From: Acholeplasma laidlawii PG-8A
GTDB lineage: Bacteria > Bacillota_I > Bacilli_A > Acholeplasmatales > Acholeplasmataceae
Length of the DNA: 32,000 bases
Direction of reading: 5' to 3'
Assembly (NCBI RefSeq): GCF_000018785.1
Contig: NC_010163.1
Location: 1,110,001-1,142,000, forward strand
Below are positions 1 through 7,982 of the stretch, one piece after another. A program made the translations under genes and the position numbers. Within the stretch, counting starts at the first letter, position 1. Every line of letters starts with the position of its first letter. A model generated the notes under the pieces. The model was not told the DNA's origin and ran no database searches. It saw nothing but the letters and a program-made list of their open reading frames with translations.

Positions 1-204
1 GGAGATTAGCTAATGATCTCAATTATACTTTGGTTTTTCAATAAAGATTTAAATGTAATTTTAAAGCGTTTTCACAACACAGATATCATTATAACAAACT
101 TTTTATGTTTTGTTAAGCCATTATCGGTATATTGGTTGTTTTTATCAAGATTATGAAAAAATTGTAAGTTTAGATATGTTTTTGAGTGAATATTGATTAA
201 AATA

Positions 205-245
205 ATCAAACCTGAGCTAAGTTTCAGGCTTAACTCAGGTTGATT
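205..245 (-). terminator. Intrinsic terminator downstream of flotillin gene
   Basis: Inverted repeat AACCTGAGCTAAG (209-221) / CTTAACTCAGGTT (229-241) just after the stop codon, one mismatch pair; T-rich on the minus strand afterwards. Confidence 0.6.
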
Positions 246-260
246 GTTTGATTATTAGTT

Positions 261-1685
261 TTACTTTTTATCTTTTTCAGTTTTTGGTTCTACTGGTTTT
301 GAAGTGAGTTTACCCGATGCATATCCTGCTAACAACGAGGTTAGATCAATACCAGTTGATTCTTGAATAGATGATAAGATTTGAGTGGATGAATTAACGA
401 TATCTCCAACTAACTTAGTAGAGTTACCATCACCATACATAGTGATTTTATCTACTTTAGCAAGTGGTGATGCTGCAGCACCAACAATCTTAGGTAATAC
501 ATCAGAATTTAAGATTAATTCTAAGACCGCTGCATCTTCCATTAACTTCATCGCTTCTGCTTTTTTCTCAATCGCTTCAGCTTCTGCAAGACCTACCGCT
601 TGAATACCCTGTGCACGTTGTTCTTCAGCAAATCTTTGAGCTTCAGCAGCTACTTTAATAGACTCAGCTCGTTTAGCTTCTTCAATATATTTAGCTTCAG
701 CTTCTTTAGAACGAATATAAAGATCAGCTAAAGCCTTTTGTTCAGCAGCATAGCGTTTCGCATCCGCGTCTTTTCTAACGACTGCATCTAAACGTTTTTC
801 TTCAACTTCAATTTCTTTTTGTTTTAATTCAATCTCTTTTGTACGTTTAGCAATCTCTGCTTCTTGAATTGCGATATTTACACTCTTAGATTCATTAGCA
901 CTTTGAATTTGATACGCAGCATCTGCTACCGCTTTTTGTGTATCAGATTTTTGTTTTAAAGCTGATTGACGTAATTCTAAATCTGTATTTTGCTCAGCAA
1001 TTTTTAACTCAGCAGTAATTCTTGCTTCGTTGGCTAATTCTTTTGCTTGCGCTGTTGCAATCTCTACATCTTTTTCAGAGTTTGCACGGGCAATAGAAGC
1101 TTCTTTTCTAATTTGAGTAACATTATCAACCCCAAGGTCTTCAATGACACCATTTTTATCACTAAAGTTTTGAATGGTGATATTAATGATTTCAAGACCC
1201 ATACGGTTCATATCTTGCATTGCAGAGTTATATACTTGTTCTGCAAACTTTTCTCTGTTTTGAACAAGTTCTTTTAACTTCATTTGACCAATGATTTCAC
1301 GCATGTTACCTTCTAATATTTCTTTAGTAACTACACGTATACCTTCTAAGTCTCTAGATAAAAGAATTTGACCAGCTAAACGGATTGAGTCTTCATCTGT
1401 CATAATACGGATGTTTGCTACCCCATCTACAAAGATATTGATAAATTCATTTGTAGGTACAGCAGAATCTGTTTTAATATCTGTTTGAATTAATGATAAT
1501 GGGATCGCATCAATTCTTTCTAAGAATGGAATACGTAATGTACCCTTTCCTATAACTACTCTTGACTTCTTAGGTCCTGTAATAATATATGCTTGGTTTG
1601 GTTTAACCTTAACATAGGATGCTGCAAATAAAACGATCAAAATGACCACAACGGCAATAGATATGCCGATGATGAGTTCTTCCAT
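261..1685 (-). CDS. floT: Flotillin family protein (SPFH domain, coiled-coil)
   Basis: ORF 261..1754; internal ATG at 1685 (MEELIIGISIAVVVIL...) has RBS AGAGGGG and begins with the membrane segment. Body has SPFH and long EA-rich repeats typical of FloT/YuaG. Confidence 0.88.
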   Translation of the reverse strand: MEELIIGISIAVVVILIVLFAASYVKVKPNQAYIITGPKKSRVVIGKGTLRIPFLERIDAIPLSLIQTDIKTDSAVPTNEFINIFVDGVANIRIMTDEDSIRLAGQILLSRDLEGIRVVTKEILEGNMREIIGQMKLKELVQNREKFAEQVYNSAMQDMNRMGLEIINITIQNFSDKNGVIEDLGVDNVTQIRKEASIARANSEKDVEIATAQAKELANEARITAELKIAEQNTDLELRQSALKQKSDTQKAVADAAYQIQSANESKSVNIAIQEAEIAKRTKEIELKQKEIEVEEKRLDAVVRKDADAKRYAAEQKALADLYIRSKEAEAKYIEEAKRAESIKVAAEAQRFAEEQRAQGIQAVGLAEAEAIEKKAEAMKLMEDAAVLELILNSDVLPKIVGAAASPLAKVDKITMYGDGNSTKLVGDIVNSSTQILSSIQESTGIDLTSLLAGYASGKLTSKPVEPKTEKDKK

Positions 1686-1818
1686 ATGTACTTTCCCCTC
1701 TTTCGTATGGTTATGTTTTAACACTTTAGAATAATTATACATGAATTTATACATGATTCCTACTCATTCAATAAAAAATTTTACGTAATTTTTATACTTC
1801 AACTTAAGACAACATAAA

Positions 1819-1861
1819 AACCCTATAAACTTGTTAAATAAACATACAAATTTATAGGGTT
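1819..1861 (-). terminator. Intrinsic terminator
   Basis: AACCCTATAAA (1819-1829) / TTTATAGGGTT (1851-1861), perfect 11-bp arms, followed by T-run on the minus strand. Confidence 0.65.
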
Positions 1862-1874
1862 ATTTAGTACTTTA

Positions 1875-2120
1875 TTACCTTTTCTTAAGTGCTTTTAAGA
1901 TACTAATAAATACTATAGCGCCTAGAATAGATATAAAAAATCCTGGCCATGAGATATCAGTTGTTGTAAAGTTTTTAAATCCACTTGCAGCCCAGCCTCC
2001 TAAAAAGGAACCTATAATACCTACTATGATATCTGCAATAAGTCCTCTTTTATCCTTAGTTATCCAACCTGCAACGATACCAGTGATTGCTCCAAATAAA
2101 ATCCAAATCAGTAAATTCAT
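1875..2120 (-). CDS. GlsB/YeaQ/YmgE family small membrane protein (transglycosylase-associated)
   Basis: 81 aa with GAITGIVAGWITKDKRGLIADIIVGIIGSFLGGW...ISILGAIVFISILKALKKR, matches the family pattern. Confidence 0.85.
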   Translation of the reverse strand: MNLLIWILFGAITGIVAGWITKDKRGLIADIIVGIIGSFLGGWAASGFKNFTTTDISWPGFFISILGAIVFISILKALKKR

Positions 2121-2230
2121 CTTTTCGCCTCCTATATTAACGTACTCCCATTATATGTTAAATAGTATGTATCTCCTAATCATTATACAAATAAAATTTA
2201 CTTTTTATTGGTTTTAATTTTGACATGTAA

Positions 2231-2260
2231 AAAGGTATTTGATTTTTGTCAAATACCTTT
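2231..2260 (-). terminator. Intrinsic terminator
   Basis: AAAGGTATTTGA / TCAAATACCTTT perfect 12-bp stem with 6-nt loop, T-run on the minus strand. Confidence 0.8.
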
Positions 2261-2289
2261 CCTTTGAGAGTCATTAATTTGTTAATTGA

Positions 2290-2547
2290 TTATTCTTTGC
2301 TATTAATAGCATCCACAACCTTGTTAAACTTACTTGTTACCTTTTTGATACCTTTGTTGATATCTTGATTGAGTTTGTATGATGGGTTTTCTTTAAAGAT
2401 TGCTATTACATCATATTTATGTGCATGTATTGCACTTTCAAAATCCCATCCATTTTTTGCTTGATCGTTGATGAGTTCAGCTAACTTTTCTGAACGTAGT
2501 TTTGTATCTTTGACGCCTTTAATGATTTCTGTTTTATACATGATCAT
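2290..2547 (-). CDS. Hypothetical protein (85 aa)
   Basis: Complete ORF, co-oriented; stop followed by the 2231-2260 terminator. Confidence 0.6.
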   Translation of the reverse strand: MIMYKTEIIKGVKDTKLRSEKLAELINDQAKNGWDFESAIHAHKYDVIAIFKENPSYKLNQDINKGIKKVTSKFNKVVDAINSKE

Positions 2548-2610
2548 ATTCCCCCTATATCATGATTTTCTTTAAGACCATCATACCATATTTTATTTGC
2601 AATGTATTCA

Positions 2611-2937
2611 TTAAAAGCCTAATATGCGTTTTCTACTCTCGTGGTATTCTTCTTCAGAAATGATACCTTTATTATAAAGTGATTGTACTTTATTTAGTTG
2701 TGTTTCTATATCATCAGTACTTCTTGATGTACTACTACTACTTGTAACATATGTATTGTCTTCATTCTTAAGTCCAGAAATACTTACAAGTAGTGTTATC
2801 AAGTAGATAATGAATGATACCCATATAAAAGGCATGATGAAAGCTAGAAAAAATGAAAGTATTAACCCAATGATACTGATGACCATTGCTGGTTTCCATT
2901 TCTTTAATACCACCAAAACTATTGCTACTATATCCAT
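2611..2937 (-). CDS. Small membrane protein with C-terminal SHOCT-like segment
   Basis: Two hydrophobic segments, then 'LNKVQSLYNKGIISEEEYHESRKRIL', which resembles the SHOCT motif. Confidence 0.6.
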   Translation of the reverse strand: MDIVAIVLVVLKKWKPAMVISIIGLILSFFLAFIMPFIWVSFIIYLITLLVSISGLKNEDNTYVTSSSSTSRSTDDIETQLNKVQSLYNKGIISEEEYHESRKRILGF

Positions 2938-2968
2938 TTAGTTAAATCTCCTTTATTATTATTGTTAT

Positions 2969-4963
2969 TTAGTCGATAACTACTTTTGTTCCAATGTATG
3001 CACTAATTTGTTCATAGTTCATCTCATCTTTTTGAATATCAAAAATCGGTATTAGACTTGCATAATCACTTTCTATACGTGATTTTAATGCTGTTGTAAT
3101 ATTTAGTGTGAAGTTAGAAATATTACTATTTTGACTTGTAATGTCTACTGATAATTCATCATACTTTTCTACTTGAATAAATAACATAGGAACTACTTTA
3201 GAAACCTTTGTTAATACATCATTTTCCATGACATAAAAGTATTGAATTCTAAATTCTATATCATATCTTCTGGATGCAGTTTTCAGTGTAAATCCACCAA
3301 ATGATTTTGTCTTAAACGGAGTTGTACCATTGTTGACATAAACTTCTTTAATTTGAGTTTCGGTATCTGTTTCATACTTAATGTTTGTAATACCAGTTTG
3401 GCTATCTAAATTAAACCATAGTGTATTATATTGAATTGAAGATAAAGTCTCCTTGACTTCGTATCCTAAAAGTTTACCAGTAGATTTTTGGTATAACTCT
3501 ACAATCGTTCCACTAAAGCCTAAAATAGCCCCCGCTTTATTTCCTACAACGGATACATATGTATCATCCACTTTAAATTGAGCAGCACTCGATAATGATT
3601 TTCCAGCTACTGTCATGTGTTCATATATTGAACCTTCAATATGTCCATTTTCATCTTCTAAAACTTCAATATAAGAAGTTCTAAATCCTAAATATTTTGA
3701 TGCGATCGTAAAACCATCTTCAAAAACTTCATATTTTACACTATTAGCATCACCAATTTGGATACGGCCATCTTTATCAGAAGTAACCACATTATAGTTT
3801 AATGCTATTTGAACAGTTTGTTCACCAAATACAGGTATATTTGCTGTGTAGTCTACAACGTAACTCAGTACTTCACCTTCTAATGAAATATACACATTAT
3901 ATATGCCTAGTTTAAATTCATAGTTAGAAGTATCATCAGGGTTACTATCTAAATAGTTGTTAAATGCTACAACACTTGCTGAACTTATAGTGTCAATTAC
4001 TGACAATACAGTAAATAAGGTTTCTGCTTGTTCTAGGTTATCTAGTACCATTTGCCATTGTTCACCATATCCACCAAAAGTAATTTGATTAGTATTTACA
4101 AATGTAGCATAATTTGAATTTAATTGTGCTTGTGTCTTTAATACACCACCTGCTTGCATATGTGTAGGTAATATGTCTTGTGGCTTAAATTTATATGTAT
4201 TTAGGAGACTAGATAAGTATTGTCCGATTGCAACTTGTTCATTCCAAATAGCGTAAATTTTCAAATTCGAAGTCATTGTAATAGGCCACTGAACTTCTAC
4301 CTTAGTAGATAAATTCGTGGTCCAACCAGCAAATTTAAATCCTTCTTTTGTAGGATCTTGTGGTTTATTAATTGACATATCTTCATCTACTGTAATTGCA
4401 TTCACAGCTGAGCCGCCATCTACATCAAAAGTTAATGTATAAGTAGGTGTTATATATTGCCAATTTGCATAGAGTGTTAGATCAGATGTAACTTCAATGC
4501 TATTTACTGAATTTCCAGTAAATTCATCTTCTAAATACCATCCCTTGAATTCGTGATTTGCTTTGTTAGGTGTTGGAAAATCACTAAATAACGTACCTTC
4601 ATTAACTTTTCTAGTAACTGTACCTTCTGGGCTATTTGTTACAAATGTTATTGTGTATATATTAACCTTATTAGTCCATTTTGCGTAAATAGTCATATTT
4701 GAGTTCACTACAGTACTTGATGTAGCTTCTTCAGTCTTAGCATTATTTGTATACCATCCAGCAAAATCAAAATTCTCTTTAGTTGTAGTAGGTAGTGTAC
4801 CTAAAGTAGATCCCTCATTGACTGTTTTATTAGATACACTTGTTCCACCGTCAACATCAAATGTAACCGTATAAGTCTTTAATTCAGGAGCCGGTTCATC
4901 TCCACAGGCAACCAGCACAAAGGCAGCCATTAAAAATCCTAATATGATGAAAATTTTCTTCAT
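2969..4963 (-). CDS. Lipoprotein with three InlB B-type (Listeria-Bacteroides) repeats
   Basis: Signal peptide and lipobox 'FVLVACGD'; three repeats ending in FAGWYTN..TIYAKW / FKGWYLE..TLYANW / FAGWTTN..KIYAIW. Confidence 0.85.
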   Translation of the reverse strand: MKKIFIILGFLMAAFVLVACGDEPAPELKTYTVTFDVDGGTSVSNKTVNEGSTLGTLPTTTKENFDFAGWYTNNAKTEEATSSTVVNSNMTIYAKWTNKVNIYTITFVTNSPEGTVTRKVNEGTLFSDFPTPNKANHEFKGWYLEDEFTGNSVNSIEVTSDLTLYANWQYITPTYTLTFDVDGGSAVNAITVDEDMSINKPQDPTKEGFKFAGWTTNLSTKVEVQWPITMTSNLKIYAIWNEQVAIGQYLSSLLNTYKFKPQDILPTHMQAGGVLKTQAQLNSNYATFVNTNQITFGGYGEQWQMVLDNLEQAETLFTVLSVIDTISSASVVAFNNYLDSNPDDTSNYEFKLGIYNVYISLEGEVLSYVVDYTANIPVFGEQTVQIALNYNVVTSDKDGRIQIGDANSVKYEVFEDGFTIASKYLGFRTSYIEVLEDENGHIEGSIYEHMTVAGKSLSSAAQFKVDDTYVSVVGNKAGAILGFSGTIVELYQKSTGKLLGYEVKETLSSIQYNTLWFNLDSQTGITNIKYETDTETQIKEVYVNNGTTPFKTKSFGGFTLKTASRRYDIEFRIQYFYVMENDVLTKVSKVVPMLFIQVEKYDELSVDITSQNSNISNFTLNITTALKSRIESDYASLIPIFDIQKDEMNYEQISAYIGTKVVID

Positions 4964-5054
4964 TTTTTCCTTATCCTTCTTTCTTTTATTTGTTATTTGT
5001 AATAATAAACAATGACTATTAGGTTACTTTTTTAACTTGCCAAACTGAATATAA

Positions 5055-5082
5055 CAAAAAAAGATTCAACAGTGCGTTGAAT
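5055..5082 (-). terminator. Intrinsic terminator of a short transcript upstream of the lipoprotein gene
   Basis: ATTCAAC/GTTGAAT stem (5064-5070 / 5076-5082), 5-nt loop, T7 tail on the minus strand. Confidence 0.55.
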
Positions 5083-5177
5083 AACTATATTATTAGTTGA
5101 TTCTATTTTTCTAAGTATATCCATAATTATCCCCGTTATTAAGCATTTACTTTATTTAATTGTTTATCTTGATTTAA

Positions 5178-5246
5178 TTATAACATGATAATATCATTTT
5201 TTAGTTGACCAAAAGTATAATCTTTAAATCTATATTTAGTTTTCAT
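5178..5246 (-). CDS. Candidate micro-ORF, ~22 aa (MKTKYRFKDYTFGQLKNDIIML)
   Basis: My own reading; not in the supplied ORF track. AGGGG about 9 nt upstream of ATG, behind promoter 5278-5306. Confidence 0.25.
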   Translation of the reverse strand: MKTKYRFKDYTFGQLKNDIIML

Positions 5247-5277
5247 TTGCTTATTCCCCTAAACAGTTGTTATTACT

Positions 5278-5306
5278 ATTAGATCATTTATATCAAATTG
5301 TGTCAA
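5278..5306 (-). promoter_or_regulatory. Promoter TTGACA-N17-TCTAAT with GATC overlapping the -10
   Basis: Minus strand TTGACA CAATTTGATATAAATGA TCTAAT; GATC at 5282-5285. Confidence 0.6.
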
Positions 5307-5321
5307 CAAAGTGATCTGATA

Positions 5322-5355
5322 TAAAAAAAGACCTTAATAAAAGATCATTTATTAA
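5322..5355 (-). terminator. Intrinsic terminator of the GIY-YIG gene, GATC in the loop
   Basis: TTAATAAA TGATCT TTTATTAA (perfect 8-bp stem) then GGTCTTTTTTT on the minus strand. Confidence 0.7.
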
Positions 5356-5360
5356 TTAAA

Positions 5361-5954
5361 TTAGGAATGTAGATTATAACTTAACATGTCCTCAATTATG
5401 TTAAATATTTCGATACCTTTTTCAACCGGTAGTTTGAAAAACTCTCTTTTTTTGGCTTCAGTTTCTTTTCTTAAACTTGGATTCACTGTATCTATAAATG
5501 AATGAATACCTTTTTCAATTACAAGAGATTCTTTCATTGATTTGGTCTCTATAATCTTTTCCACTTTAAAAGGAAAAGGTACAGATGAATTATATAAAGA
5601 TTTCATTCTATTTTTAATTGAGTTTGTTCTACCTATCTTTACCCAACCAGGAATTGATTCATTTGAAACTAAATACACATAATCTTTTTTGCCTTTTTCC
5701 AATTCAGAGAAGTAAACTGCATCAAGTTTCATTTGATAAACCCCTGGTTCAATTCTATGAATAATTTCAAAGCGATTTAGATTTTGTAACGTTTGTCTGA
5801 TCTTTGCCTCTATATGAAAATTATTTGGATATACAGATTTAAACTCATCAAAAAAAGCATTTATATCCTTTAGTGAGAATATATTATGTTTAAACTTACT
5901 TTTTATGACCGTATAAACAAGATAGTTCCAACCATTTAATCTTTCAACTTCCAT
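5361..5954 (-). CDS. GIY-YIG nuclease-family protein (T5orf172/Mug113-like) with N-terminal winged-helix-like domain resembling that of DpnI
   Basis: C-terminal 'YVYLVSNESIPGWVKIGRTNSIKNRMKSLYNSSVPFPFKV..' matches T5orf172-type GIY-YIG. N-terminal 'FSLKDINAFFDEFKSVYPNNFHIEAKIRQTLQNLNRFEIIHRIEPGVYQM' resembles the DpnI C-terminal wHTH pattern. RBS GGGGAG. Confidence 0.75.
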   Translation of the reverse strand: MEVERLNGWNYLVYTVIKSKFKHNIFSLKDINAFFDEFKSVYPNNFHIEAKIRQTLQNLNRFEIIHRIEPGVYQMKLDAVYFSELEKGKKDYVYLVSNESIPGWVKIGRTNSIKNRMKSLYNSSVPFPFKVEKIIETKSMKESLVIEKGIHSFIDTVNPSLRKETEAKKREFFKLPVEKGIEIFNIIEDMLSYNLHS

Positions 5955-5986
5955 ATAATCTCCCCTTAAAACTATACTTTAATATA

Positions 5987-6015
5987 ATTAGATCATGTTT
6001 TTACTTTTATGTCAA
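5987..6015 (-). promoter_or_regulatory. Promoter of the GIY-YIG gene, TTGACA-N17-TCTAAT, GATC overlapping the -10
   Basis: Minus strand TTGACA TAAAAGTAAAAACATGA TCTAAT; GATC at 5991-5994. Confidence 0.65.
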
Positions 6016-6034
6016 ATTAATTATGTTTTTATAG

Positions 6035-6062
6035 AAAAAACCAATACAAATCACTGTATTGG
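6035..6062 (-). terminator. Intrinsic terminator of the DpnII operon
   Basis: CCAATACA/TGTATTGG stem (6041-6048 / 6055-6062), 6-nt loop, T6 on the minus strand. Confidence 0.8.
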
Positions 6063-6077
6063 CTTATGTTAATCGTA

Positions 6078-6326
6078 TTATAGACTTTGAATTTTTTGAC
6101 TTACCAAACTATCTAATAGTTCAACATCATCATTTTGAGTATATATTTCATATATTTCTTGAATTATTTCTAATAAAGTAGGTTTTACTGCTTCAGTAAT
6201 TTGACCAATATTATTCTCATAATACATCATTACCTTATATGCAATAAATACATGTGTAACATATAAATCTTCATTTTCTAATTGAGATTCTAGTTTTTTT
6301 GTAAAATCTAATAAATCAAATGCCAT
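6078..6326 (-). CDS. Hypothetical 82-aa protein, last gene of the restriction-modification operon
   Basis: 37-bp gap after dpnB, same strand, terminator immediately downstream. Confidence 0.65.
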   Translation of the reverse strand: MAFDLLDFTKKLESQLENEDLYVTHVFIAYKVMMYYENNIGQITEAVKPTLLEIIQEIYEIYTQNDDVELLDSLVSQKIQSL

Positions 6327-6363
6327 ATCATCATCTCCAGTAAGATGATTATACTATAAATTA

Positions 6364-7215
6364 CTATGTATTAAATAGTTTATGGAGCACTTTATGTTCT
6401 AGATCATATAAGGTATATAAATGTTCTATATCGTTATAAGCTTCCTCTAAATTCTTTTTAGTGGATAACCAGCCTTTTCCATCAGTAATCCAAACAAACG
6501 ATACATTGTCTATCTCTTTGATATCTTTGGCTAGTTTAGCATAACTTCTTGAAGTCTCGTTTAATTTAGAACCACTTGTTCCATAGTAGTTAGTTTCTAT
6601 AAGATATATATGACCCATTTTATCTTTTATCACAAAATCAAAACGCTTGTTTGATTTTGTGTCTTTTAAAGTATTAGATATATCTACACCAAATTCCTTA
6701 TATATTTTACTTGTATTAGCTTCTTCAAGTATGTCTATGCTTGGAATATCTTTCAAGTTCTTTAAAACAATCTGCGACATCATTTTGCCACTTCTATTTT
6801 TTCTACTATTAGTATCTAGTCCAACTTCAACACCAGTGACATAATCTACTAGGTTTTTGATACGTTTATCGTAAAACAAGTCTATAAGTCCTGTTTTTCT
6901 AATAAACTCTATATAATTGACATTCGGATCATAATAGTTGAAATTATAGGATTTCATTACTTCATCTAACACTTGAATGTTGTTTTCCCTAACTGCGAGT
7001 AATACAGGTATAACAGTTATGATATTCGGGTGTTCTTCTAATAACACTTTAAAAGCCTCATCAAAATTATCTTTTCCGATAAGGTAGTTTAATGTATTAA
7101 GTTTTAATTCTATGTGCTCTACTATACTAAAGACTTTTTTAAAATCAACAAAATAATCATATGTTGATAAACCCTCTTTTATAGATTCTATAATGTCATC
7201 AAATGATCTTTTCAT
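6364..7215 (-). CDS. dpnB: Type II restriction endonuclease, DpnII/MboI family (GATC)
   Basis: 'FDFVIKDKMGHIYLIETNYYGTSGSKLNETSRSYAKLAKDI' with upstream conserved region; 4-bp overlap with the methylase gene; order dpnM-dpnA-dpnB as in the classical DpnII locus. Confidence 0.88.
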   Translation of the reverse strand: MKRSFDDIIESIKEGLSTYDYFVDFKKVFSIVEHIELKLNTLNYLIGKDNFDEAFKVLLEEHPNIITVIPVLLAVRENNIQVLDEVMKSYNFNYYDPNVNYIEFIRKTGLIDLFYDKRIKNLVDYVTGVEVGLDTNSRKNRSGKMMSQIVLKNLKDIPSIDILEEANTSKIYKEFGVDISNTLKDTKSNKRFDFVIKDKMGHIYLIETNYYGTSGSKLNETSRSYAKLAKDIKEIDNVSFVWITDGKGWLSTKKNLEEAYNDIEHLYTLYDLEHKVLHKLFNT

Positions 7216-7982
7216 TTATCCACTTCCCCAATGCTTTCTAATCTTTTAATACTCAAATTTAAATAGTCTTTCTCAAAATCAATGCCAATATATTTTCTGT
7301 TTAGCATGATACTAGCTACCCCTGTTGTACCACTACCACTAAATGGATCTAGTACAACATCACCTTCTTTAGTGGATGCTAGTATGATTCTTTCTAGTAG
7401 CGCTAAAGGCTTTTGAGTTGGATGTTTACCTAATCGCTTTTCAGAGGGTTTTGTCAAACTGAAACGCCAAACATCCTTCATTTGTTTATTGTTGTTTAAT
7501 GATTTCATGAGGCTATAATCAAAATAGTTTTTACTACCTTTTTTTCTTGCCCAAAGCACCGTCTCTGTTGAATGAGTGAATGCTTTTCTAGCAAGGTGTG
7601 GTGGTGGGTTTGTTTTTTCCCAAGTGATATTATTAATGATTTGAAATCCCTCTAGTTCTAGACAAACACCGATAATATAAATATTATGAAGTGTTCCAGA
7701 TATCCATATGGTACCTGTATCTTTTAATATCCTTTTACATTTGTTTAACCAAGTAGTGTTATATTTAATCTTTTCTTCAATGGTCATTTCTGTTTTATCC
7801 CAGGTAGCTTTATTGACAGATACCATCTTGCCACCTTGGCAAGTAATACCATTATTAGATAGAAAATAAGGTGGATCTGCAAAAATCATATCCACAGATT
7901 TTTCATCTAACTCATCTAGAATTTCAAAACTGTCTCCTAAATAGAGTTTGGCATTTCTATTATCATAGTATGGTTTATTCAT
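7212..7982 (-). CDS. dpnA: DNA adenine methyltransferase, DpnA-type (beta-class, GATC)
   Basis: 'LYLGDSFEILDELDEKSVDMIFADPPYFLSNNGITCQGGKMVSVNKATWDK' (DPPY) and 'QKPLALLERIILASTKEGDVVLDPFSGSGTTGVA'. Confidence 0.92.
   Translation of the reverse strand: MNKPYYDNRNAKLYLGDSFEILDELDEKSVDMIFADPPYFLSNNGITCQGGKMVSVNKATWDKTEMTIEEKIKYNTTWLNKCKRILKDTGTIWISGTLHNIYIIGVCLELEGFQIINNITWEKTNPPPHLARKAFTHSTETVLWARKKGSKNYFDYSLMKSLNNNKQMKDVWRFSLTKPSEKRLGKHPTQKPLALLERIILASTKEGDVVLDPFSGSGTTGVASIMLNRKYIGIDFEKDYLNLSIKRLESIGEVDK

Noticed and set aside
385-1277. Plus-strand ORFs 385..603 and 1047..1277
   Set aside because: Antisense to the flotillin gene; low-complexity composition mirrors its EA-rich region.
2026-2217. 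63-aa plus-strand ORF
   Set aside because: Antisense to the GlsB/YeaQ-like gene and its upstream region; no supporting signal.
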